DNA of 64,000 bases from Pirellulales bacterium (GTDB taxonomy: Bacteria > Planctomycetota > Planctomycetia > Pirellulales > PALSA-1355), in assembly GCA_963733035.1 (NCBI GenBank), contig CAVTBU010000005.1, positions 864,001 to 928,000 of the forward strand, given 5' to 3'. The translations under genes were made by a program, and so were the position numbers. Every line of letters begins with the position of its first letter. Position 1 is the stretch's first letter. This document shows positions 44,732-53,283 of this stretch, in pieces. The notes under the pieces are model-generated. The model saw nothing but the letters and a program-made list of their open reading frames with translations. It was not told the origin of the DNA and did not search any database.

Positions 44732-44767
44732 TTAGGAAACGATGAGCAGTCCGTTAGGAAACGATGA
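44732..44767. repeat. 14-bp direct repeat with 22-bp period
   Basis: TTAGGAAACGATGA at 44732 and 44754. Confidence 0.85.
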
Positions 44768-45021
44768 CGCCGACTAAACGCATCGCCACAAGGAATCGCC
44801 GCGTGGTCGGTCAAGTTGCGTGATGGCGAATTCGTTTTTGCCGCATCAATCGCTTTAACTTTGGCCACGCGACGCTGTACGATGTCCATTCGCTTGGCCG
44901 TCGCGTGATATCGACCGTAAATGCGATTTGAGAACAGAATGAAAAGCGACGAACCACGGACCTTCGGTAGACCAGCAACTTCCGCGACGTTGGGCACACC
45001 AGCCGCAAAACACGGAACAAC

Positions 45022-45109
45022 AGCTGTGGTCCCCAAGTTCTCGACGGTTCTCCTATTGGGCTTGAGCGGAGTCTCGCTCTTTTTGCTGAATCGACCGCGG
45101 TCTCGCTAG
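45022..45109 (+). pseudogene. Degenerate PEP-CTERM sorting-signal remnant
   Basis: 'AVVPKFSTVLLLGLSGVSLFLLNRPRSR*' resembles VPEPST-TM-basic tail; no credible upstream body. Confidence 0.5.
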
Positions 45110-45338
45110 GCGAAGATTCTCCCTACTAAGACAATCACCGTCATCATCCAACGGTGGGCAGTGTTGCATCAGTGCGACTTTGCCCGCCTGTTTCTTTCTA
45201 TAGTCACACACCTGGCGCAAGACAAACGCCAACAATTCCAGCCTGCATTGGTCGCCAAATGCCCCGTCAGGTTGTTATCATGGACCGACGCCGACGGGGC
45301 ATGTCCGGAACTCGTTCGCTTCAATCGGGAGATCAATC

Positions 45339-46703
45339 GTGAATCGGTGCCTGCTTTGTGTATTGCTCATACTTGCCGTGCCGGGAGTTGCCGTACCGGC
45401 AGATGTTTTGCGAGTGGGAGCGTTCGACGTGGACGCTTCGCCGCCGGTCGGGAGTCCCCTGGCGTACGATCCGACCGAGGGCGTGGAGACGCCGCTCAGT
45501 TGTCGTGGCATCGTTCTCGTGGGGGCGGAACAACCGATTGTCATTTGCGCTCTCGACTGGATTGGGATCGCCAACGGCGGACAAGCCATGTTTCGCGAAA
45601 AGCTGGCCGCGGCAGCTGGCACCGTGCCTGCTCGGGTAGCCGTTCACACGTTGCATCAACACGACGCTCCGCGATGTGACTTTGCGGCCGAGGCCCTGCT
45701 TAGTCAGCAATTTGGTTTGAGTGGAGCGGGATTTGATCCAGCTTTCTGTCGCGACGTCATCGAACGGGCTGCCGTAGCAGTGAAAAAGGCGATCATGAAT
45801 GCCTCACCCGTTACGCACATCGGCCTGGGTGAGTGCAAAGTCGAGAAAGTGGCCTCAAACCGTCGCATCCTCGGCCCAGACGGCAAAGTGCAGCACGTCC
45901 GCTGGACGGCAACTAAGGACCCCATTGTCAGGGCATTTCCGGTCGGCACGATCGATCCACAGCTCAAGCTGATCAGTTTCTGGAACGAAGACAAGCCGCT
46001 GGTCGTGCTTTCTTTCTATGCGACACATCCACAGAGCTACTATCGCACAGGCTTGGCAAATCCAGACTTTCCTGGTCTGGCCCGCAATGCCCGACAAGCT
46101 GAAACCGGAGTTCTTCACGTGCACTTGAATGGCGCGGGCGGCAACATTGGTGCCGGCAAGTGGAACGATGGTTCACATCAGAATCGGCAAGTGTTGGCCG
46201 ACCGTGTGGCATCCGGAATGAAGCAAGCCTGGGAGAATACGCAAAAGGAGCCCATCACGTCTCAGGACGTAGCGTGGTCTGTGCTGCCGGTCGTCTTGCC
46301 CGTTTCCGAGCACTTGAATGAACGGGAGCTATTGGACGTGGTCGAAGATTCCAAAGCCAAACCACAAGACCGCTTCAGTGCCGCTCAAGATCTTGTTTGG
46401 CTACGGCGCTGCCAGAGTAGAGAGCCGATCGACATCGCGTGTCTCAAGCTCAAGAACGCCCGAGTCCTGTTCATGCCTGGTGAGTTGTTCGTGGAATATC
46501 AACTTGCGGCGCAACAAGTCCGTCCCGACTTGTTTGTTGCCATGGCCGCATACGGTGAATACGCCCCCGGGTATATCGGCACCGAAGTTGCATACGGCCA
46601 GGGTGGCTACGAAACGTCCGCGAGGGCTTCGCATGTCGGTCCCGCAGTGGAGGCCGTGCTGATCGGCACAATCCGAAAGCTTTTGAACGCTTCGACCGAG
46701 TAG
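45339..46703 (+). CDS. Secreted hypothetical protein, neutral/alkaline ceramidase-like fold
   Basis: Signal peptide; 'LRVGAFDVDASPP', 'VHTLHQHDAP', 'YATHP', 'GAGGNI', 'MPGELFVEYQL', 'GYIGT..AY.QGGYE'. Confidence 0.7.
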   Translation: MNRCLLCVLLILAVPGVAVPADVLRVGAFDVDASPPVGSPLAYDPTEGVETPLSCRGIVLVGAEQPIVICALDWIGIANGGQAMFREKLAAAAGTVPARVAVHTLHQHDAPRCDFAAEALLSQQFGLSGAGFDPAFCRDVIERAAVAVKKAIMNASPVTHIGLGECKVEKVASNRRILGPDGKVQHVRWTATKDPIVRAFPVGTIDPQLKLISFWNEDKPLVVLSFYATHPQSYYRTGLANPDFPGLARNARQAETGVLHVHLNGAGGNIGAGKWNDGSHQNRQVLADRVASGMKQAWENTQKEPITSQDVAWSVLPVVLPVSEHLNERELLDVVEDSKAKPQDRFSAAQDLVWLRRCQSREPIDIACLKLKNARVLFMPGELFVEYQLAAQQVRPDLFVAMAAYGEYAPGYIGTEVAYGQGGYETSARASHVGPAVEAVLIGTIRKLLNASTE

Positions 46704-46837
46704 GGCTCTCGATTGGTCCTGATGCCGCGCGGGAGGACGGTTGCGTGGAATTCGTTTGACTGTGCCGACTGTCCGTTTCTGCCTCGTCATCGGCTCATTG
46801 GGAGCGGCCGAACCAGAACGGTTCGAGTCGGCAACGC

Positions 46838-47083
46838 CGGCCTCCGCCTTCAGCAGGCTGTTGAGCGTCTGCTCGACGGTCTGACGCACCACCTCGCCCA
46901 CGTGCGAGCGAATCTTCTCCTCCTCGATCCGAATCACACCCTCAAAGTTCCCGCCATTTGCCGATCCTGCTGCGCTGTCCATCGGGCAGTCCTTTCGTGC
47001 TGGTAGGTTCGTTCTCACAAACAAACTTCTACCAGCCCCAGGACTGCCCTTTCAATTTGTGCGCACAATTCAGGACGTTATCC
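46838..47083 (-). mobile_element. IS256-family remnant (left end plus first ~48 transposase codons)
   Basis: 'GVIRIEEEKIRSHVGEVVRQTVEQTLNSLLKAEA' resembles an IS256 transposase N-terminus; upstream GGATAACGTCCTGAATTGTGCG looks like an IS256-type terminal repeat; no DDE domain follows. Confidence 0.7.
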
Positions 47084-47121
47084 GCTTTGACGGGTTGACG
47101 CCCTATAAGGAGGCACCCTGT

Positions 47122-47433
47122 CTAAAAAGTCCGACGAGTCGTGACCAGCACGTTGTCCATGTATGAAAACACACTTCGCTGCCGGTATTTCGGCGCGTCG
47201 ACGTGCTGCATGATGGCTTCGGCCGCTTCGGGCGAAGTAACCATTTCGATGCGTACCCGCGACCTATCGGGCTCCTGAAATGGGTCTTCCATGATGGCAT
47301 GTTCTCCCTTGCCATTGCAGTAAGCGCTCGTCCAGCCCTTGGCACCTAGCTTCACAAACTCGTCGATCAACTGGCATTCCAATGTTCGATCGCAAATCAC
47401 AACGACCCGAGGGGTTTGCTTTAACTCAGACAT
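47122..47433 (-). CDS. P-II-like (SbtB/DUF190-type) small protein
   Basis: 103 aa; 'LIDEFVKLGAKGWT...GKGEH...RVRIEMVTSPEAAEAIM' P-II superfamily pattern; AGGAG RBS. Confidence 0.7.
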   Translation of the reverse strand: MSELKQTPRVVVICDRTLECQLIDEFVKLGAKGWTSAYCNGKGEHAIMEDPFQEPDRSRVRIEMVTSPEAAEAIMQHVDAPKYRQRSVFSYMDNVLVTTRRTF

Positions 47434-47656
47434 GATGGCACTTCTCTCCTGAAGGACCCGTCGCCGGGCTGGCTAGTAAGTTGCGGTTGTCCTGGCTGAC
47501 ATTCACTTCGCGACAAAAGCGGACGATGTGGCCGCGCTTATTTCAAATATACACTTCAGCCGCGATGTCGATCTGCTTACAATGCCGTAAGTTATTGATT
47601 TAACAGGGTTTCGCTCGCATGCCATTATCCGTCCCAGGTTTAATCGCGACGCTCCG

Positions 47657-48655
47657 ATGCTAAAACGCCCGCTTGGCTCGACTGGGATTTCCGTCGCTCC
47701 GATCTCGTTCGGTGGTGGCCCAGTGTCACAGCTCCTTGTTGGCCAACAGCGACGCACTCAGTGCGAAACCGTGGCACGAGCGGTGGAACTTGGCGTCAAT
47801 TGGTTCGACACAGCAGCAACTTACGGTGATGGAAGCTCGGAAGAGAATCTCGGTCAAACGATCAAAGATGTCGGTGTCCAAGATCAAATTCAGATTGCCA
47901 CGAAGGTCCGTATCATGCCGGACCAACTCGACAACATCGTCGCAGCTGCGCGGGCATCTGTCGAGTCTAGCCTCCGGCGATTGCGTTGCCAGCGCGTGAC
48001 CCTCTTACAGGTGCACAATTCGATCACGGCAGTTGCCGGCGCGCAACCAACCTCGCTGACGCCAGCTCATTTGCTTAGCGCGGGCGGATTGCTCGAGGCC
48101 ATGGAAGACATGCAGCGTGCGGGCCTCGTAGAACATCTCGGATTGACCGGTTTGGGAGAACCGGCGGCCCTCAACGAGGTGATTTCCAGCGGTCGTTTTG
48201 CCACGATCCAGACACCTTACCATTTGCTCAACCCAAGTGCCGGACATCATGCGCCTCCCGAGTTTTGCGAAACCGACTACGGAAACGTGATCGATGCGTG
48301 CCAACGGCGAAAAATGGGCGTCTTTGTCATACGCGTGCTGGCCGGGGGCGCGTTGGCAGGCAAGCCTCCCAGCCCACATACGTTCAAAACTCCTTTCTTC
48401 CCGCTGACACTGTACGAGCGTGATTGCTTCCGGGCGGGCCGGATGTCCGAGATCTTGCCGGATGGGCTACGTCGTGAAGAGGCCGCCATACGATTTGCGA
48501 TCAGTCATCCGGCCGTTTCCAGTGCCATTGTCGGATTCGCATCACCCGAGGAGGTTGCAGAGGTCGTGGGGTTCGCCTATCGTGGGCCGCTCGACGCCGA
48601 ATTGCTGGCCGAGCTAACCGAGCACTCCTGGGCCTCCGCAGTCGATACGTCGTAG
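47657..48655 (+). CDS. aldo/keto reductase
   Basis: 'RPLGSTGISVAPISFGG', 'GVNWFDTAATYGDGSSEENLG', 'IATKV', 'SLRRL..LLQVH'. Confidence 0.92.
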   Translation: MLKRPLGSTGISVAPISFGGGPVSQLLVGQQRRTQCETVARAVELGVNWFDTAATYGDGSSEENLGQTIKDVGVQDQIQIATKVRIMPDQLDNIVAAARASVESSLRRLRCQRVTLLQVHNSITAVAGAQPTSLTPAHLLSAGGLLEAMEDMQRAGLVEHLGLTGLGEPAALNEVISSGRFATIQTPYHLLNPSAGHHAPPEFCETDYGNVIDACQRRKMGVFVIRVLAGGALAGKPPSPHTFKTPFFPLTLYERDCFRAGRMSEILPDGLRREEAAIRFAISHPAVSSAIVGFASPEEVAEVVGFAYRGPLDAELLAELTEHSWASAVDTS

Positions 48656-48746
48656 GTTGTGGGATTTCAACCAGCAGCGACAGCGGAGTCCGACTCGCGC
48701 CATTGCCTGCACCGTTGGCTGCATGCCAAACGCATGAGGACGCAAC

Positions 48747-50125
48747 GTGACGAACAACGGACTTATGTCAGAAGTCCAACCCATTGCCGAACTTACGACT
48801 GGCCAACGGTGGTTAGCACTGTCCGCTGCATTTTTGGCCTGGATGTTCGCCGGGCTGGAGATTTCGCTGTTCGTGCTCATCGCACGTCCGGCGATCATGG
48901 ACATCCTTGGCGGACAAATCGATTCGAGTCAAATTGAACGTGTCGCGGCACAATGGTTTGCATGGTATCAATGCGCCTTCCTGTTAGGGGCGGCGGCTGG
49001 TGGCTGGGTATTCGGCGCGTGGGGGGATCGTGCCGGCCGAACTCGGGCGATGGGCCTGAGCGTCTTGTGCTATTCGATCGTCACTGGCTGTTCATATGTC
49101 ATTGACGATCCGTACGCGCTATGGGCGCGAGATTCGTGGCCTGCATGGGCATCGGCGGCGTATGGCCGAACGCCGTTGCCTTGGCTGTGGAAGGATTGCC
49201 AAATTTGTCGCGGCCGCTGCTCGCTGGTTTGCTGGGCATGGCGGCCAACGTGGGTTTTGTGCTGCTCGGTGTGGTGTGCTACATCTTCCCAGCCACGCCA
49301 GAGGCATGGCGCTGGGTCCTACTCGTTGGCGCATTGCCCGCGGTGTTGGGAGCCATCGTCTTGGCCATCGTGCCGGAATCACCACGTTGGTTGAGTGGCA
49401 AACTTGCCGCAGCCGGTGCAAGTGTGCGGTCGCAGCCTGTGCGCGAAATCCTGCGACCGCCGCTCTTGAATCGCACTCTAATCGGTATTTGCCTCGGAGG
49501 TATCCCGGTCATCGGCACCGCGGCGAACGCGAATTGGCTAATTCCCTGGTCGGATCAAGTGGCGGCCTCCAGGTCTGCACTCGACACGTCGGGGGAAAAG
49601 GCAATAAAAACGCCCCCTACGAGTGAAGCTGCGGCAAAAGCGAAAACGGCAGGGGACCCACGGCTTAAAGCGAAAACGCAAATTATGCGATCGGGCGGTG
49701 CGATGTTCGGTAGTCTGCTTGGCGGCTGGATCGCCAGCCTGCTCGGTCGGCGCTTCACCTACTTTCTGATTAGCTTGGCCTCATTCCTCACAAGTTCCTA
49801 CATCTACAGTTTTCTGTCACCCGATGATCCGTCCTTCTCGACTTTTGCGTTTCTGTTGGGCTTTGTCGGCGTAACCTACTTCGGTTGGCTTCCGCTATAT
49901 CTACCCGAGTTGTTCCCCACACGCGTGCGCGCCACGGGCACCGGCGTCACATTCAACTCCGGACGAATCCTGGCTGCCATCAGCGTTTTGGGTGCCGGCG
50001 TGTTGGCCGGTTGGTTTCACGGCGACTATGCCCGTGTGGGCACGTTTACGGGCATGGTCTACGTCGCTGGAATGATCGTGATTTGTTTTGCGCCCGATAC
50101 CAGCAAAAGTCGGCTTGAGGACTGA
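48747..50125 (+). CDS. MFS transporter (1-nt frameshift near 49126)
   Basis: Motif A 'GAWGDRAGRTR'; second frame 'ARFVACMGIGGVWP', 'VPESPRW', 'YLPELFPTRVRATG'. Confidence 0.88.
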
Positions 50126-50127
50126 AT

Positions 50128-50982
50128 ATGGGGTCAGTTGGACTCATTGGCCTGGGACTTCTCGGCTCGGCCCTCGCCGAGCGGATGCTTGCGGCTGGCT
50201 ACCGTGTCACCGGATACGACCTCGAACCGCAGCGGCGCGAATGGCTCGCGTCGGCCGGTGGTGCGGCAGTCGATTCGGTCGCCTCCCTGGCTGAGAAATG
50301 CGAGACGATCGTCCTCAGTCTGCCCGATTCACACGTCGTCTCAATGGTTCTTGAAGAACTTGGGCCACAGCTTCACCCCGGTCATTGCATTGTTGATACT
50401 TCCACCGGAGAGCCGCCCCAGGTAGAAGCCACCGCCGCCTCGCTTGCGAAACGGCAGATCGCCTATCTCGACGCCACGATTCTGGGCTCGAGCGTCCAGG
50501 TTCGCGACGGACAAGCGATCGTCATGGTCGGCGCCAGCGAAAGTGCCTTTGCCGCGAGCTACGATCTGCTGTTGTGTTTTGGTCGCGAAGTCATTCACGT
50601 GGGTCCCTCCGGAAGCGGCTCGCGAATGAAGCTCGTAGTGAACTTGGTACTGGGCCTCAACCGGGCCGTACTGGCCGAGGGCCTCACACTTGCCGCGGCG
50701 CTTGAACTCGATCTGACAACAACGTTGGCGATCCTTAAGTCCGGCGCTACCTACTCGGCCGTCATGGATTCGAAGGGTGAAAAGATGCTCCATGCTGATT
50801 TTGCACCTCAAGCCCGACTGTCGCAGCATCTGAAGGACGTGCGGCTAATGCTCGAGGCCGCGGAGCGAACCGGGACGACTTTGCCTTTGTCTGAAGTACA
50901 CCGACTGCTGCTGGAGCGGGCGGAAGCCGCGGGCTACGGCAATGCCGACAATAGCGCCGTCCTACGAGCATTTGATCGGTGA
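50128..50982 (+). CDS. NAD(P)-dependent oxidoreductase, 3-hydroxyisobutyrate dehydrogenase family
   Basis: 'VGLIGLGLLG', 'VDTST', 'GSGSRMKLVVNL', 'HLKDVRL'. Confidence 0.9.
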   Translation: MGSVGLIGLGLLGSALAERMLAAGYRVTGYDLEPQRREWLASAGGAAVDSVASLAEKCETIVLSLPDSHVVSMVLEELGPQLHPGHCIVDTSTGEPPQVEATAASLAKRQIAYLDATILGSSVQVRDGQAIVMVGASESAFAASYDLLLCFGREVIHVGPSGSGSRMKLVVNLVLGLNRAVLAEGLTLAAALELDLTTTLAILKSGATYSAVMDSKGEKMLHADFAPQARLSQHLKDVRLMLEAAERTGTTLPLSEVHRLLLERAEAAGYGNADNSAVLRAFDR

Positions 50983-51007
50983 AACGTCGACTGGGCGAGC
51001 CGTCAGC

Positions 51008-51802
51008 ATGTCGAATCAGGAAGCATCTGCCTATAAGTTTGGCGATGGCGAGTTGGCCGCCGCGCGGTTGAAACGACTTGCCGCGGTGTTCGAACCAACG
51101 ACGCGTGAATTCCTGGAAACGTTGCGTTCCCGCTGTCCACGCTACGTTGCCGACTTGGGCTGTGGCCCGGGGTACACTTCTCGACTGCTGGCCGATGTTT
51201 TTCCGCACGCAAAGGTCTGCGGAATCGACAGTTCAGCCAACTTCATCTCCCTGGCTTGCAGAGCGACAAACGATAGGTTCACATTCCAATTTGGCGACGT
51301 CACGCGAAAACTTCCCACGGGTCCCTTCGATCTCATCTATGCCCGCTATCTACTCGCACACATCGCCGCTTTCCAGGCAACTGTCGAGTTGTGGGGGGCA
51401 TATCTGTCGCCGGACGGAGCCGTTGCCCTCGAGGAGAATGAGTGGATCGAAACCACCCAGCCGACCTTTCGGCAGTACCTCGCCATCGTGGCGGCAATGC
51501 TGGCGGAAGGAGGGCAGATGTTGCACGTTGGCGCGGAACTCGACGCAGTTCCAAACTGGGGTTCTTTGGTCAAAGCATCGAGTGAATTGGTACCAATCGC
51601 GGTTGGCGAGGGCACCTCGGCGGAGCTTTTTGTGCCAAACCTCAGGTCTTGGCGGCAACGGCCATTCATCCAACGAAATTACGCGGCGAGTACAATTGAT
51701 CGATTGGAGCGGGAATTGGTCGAATTAGCTCACGATGGCAAAAAGGATGCCACGGTTCTCTTTGGACGACGCCGGGGCGTGCTTACACGAGACAGCGACT
51801 GA
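51008..51802 (+). CDS. class I SAM-dependent methyltransferase
   Basis: 'VADLGCGPGYTS', 'GIDSS', 'FDLIYARYLLAH'. Confidence 0.88.
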   Translation: MSNQEASAYKFGDGELAAARLKRLAAVFEPTTREFLETLRSRCPRYVADLGCGPGYTSRLLADVFPHAKVCGIDSSANFISLACRATNDRFTFQFGDVTRKLPTGPFDLIYARYLLAHIAAFQATVELWGAYLSPDGAVALEENEWIETTQPTFRQYLAIVAAMLAEGGQMLHVGAELDAVPNWGSLVKASSELVPIAVGEGTSAELFVPNLRSWRQRPFIQRNYAASTIDRLERELVELAHDGKKDATVLFGRRRGVLTRDSD

Positions 51803-51894
51803 CGCCCACCAGAACTTGTTCGCGTCTGGAGCCTGACTTAGACTGCCGAGAATGGTTTGGCAGTTCAGCTCTCCAGGTAGATGCGAGGTGCCCG

Positions 51895-53245
51895 ATGTGG
51901 CGGACGGCATTGACGATGATCGTTCTCGGGTTTGTTTGCGGATCGGGGGCGGCGCATGGTCACTTCCTATTCACGCGGATTTGTCCGCCGGCGGAAGGGG
52001 GTCGGGTTGCCGAGGTCTACTTCAGCGAATATGCAACGGCGGGTGATCCGCGTTACATTGACAAGGTTGCCTCGGCGGAATTTCAGGTGCAGACGACAAC
52101 CGGCGAGCGCAAACCGCTGCCCATGCGACGGCTGCCCGATCGCTTGCGAGCGCATGTACCAGTCAGTGGTCCACTGCTTGTTGCCGGTCGGCTGGACTAC
52201 GGCGTCCTCGACCGGCCAGGCGCGCCGGCATTCCTTTTGCGCCACTTCTGCAAAGCCGTCAGCGGCCAATCAGACGAAGTAAACAAGTTTTCAGCAGTCG
52301 GCACGCCGATCGAACTAGTCGCCAGATTCGAACCCGATCGCGTGGTGCTGACGGCCCTTCTCGATGGCCAGCCGATGCCAAAAGTGCGCGTCGACACGGT
52401 CGATGCCGATCTGGTGGGCGATGAGCTAACGACAGATGAGAATGGTCAAGTAACGTTCGAACCAAGTGCACCTGGGTTTTATTGCGCCTATGTGGGACAC
52501 ACGTTGCCCGTGTCTGGCGAGCATCGCGGAAAGGCCTACAAGGAGGTCCGCCAGTTCGCCACGCTTTCGTTCGCGTGGCCGCTGGCGCCAACCGGCTCGG
52601 ATGATGAAGCTGTGGCTCTGTTCGAGGACGCCCTGGCGACGCGCAAGTTGGCAGGACTTTCCTGGCTTCACGGCCGAAATAACTGGCGACTTGGATGGCC
52701 GGCCACTTTCAGGCACCGTCAGCGTGTCGCCCGATGGTGCCGTTGAAGTGGATCTCGGCGAGGATGCGGCGATGGTCGATTGGGTCGACGATCAACTCGA
52801 ATCGATCACGATGCATCGCGCCGCCAGCCAAACGCCCGGGGAGAACCGGTCCAAACCGGTCGTGCGCTTTGCCGACAACCAGACGGATCACCCTCTGGGC
52901 CGTTTGCTCGAGTTCGAAGGTGGGCATTTTGCCACGAGCTACCGGGTGAAAGACCACCAGTTAACGACGGTCAATCGCGTACTCGACGGACAAGACATGA
53001 CGATCACGGTGCTCGATAACTTGCGCAACTCAGACGACAAGTACCTGCCGCATCTCTATGCCGTGCAATACTGGGACGAAGCAACCGGGCAGCCGGTGCG
53101 CACCGAGATCGTGACAGATCAATGGACACGGGTCAAAAAGTGGGACCTACCAAGGCAACATACCGTTACTACCGCTTCAGGGGATGGTTACACGGTGCGC
53201 AGTTTCACACTGCGAAACCACAAACTTCTGGAGAAAGCGCCTTAG
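51895..53245 (+). CDS. Secreted DUF4198-like / DUF3386-like fusion protein (frameshift near 52643)
   Basis: Signal peptide then 'AHGHFLF'; 'LTTDENGQVTF....PGFY'; second frame 'W.DFPGFTAEI...VRFAD..TDHPLGRL...SYRVKD.QL..VNR'. Confidence 0.6.
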
Positions 53246-53283
53246 CGAACCACTCCCATCGGATCGGATTGCTGGATTGCTGG

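Noticed and set aside
46401..47024. 207-aa ORF as an intact transposase
   Set aside because: Only the first ~48 codons from ATG 46982 resemble IS256; the rest runs antisense into the neighbouring gene
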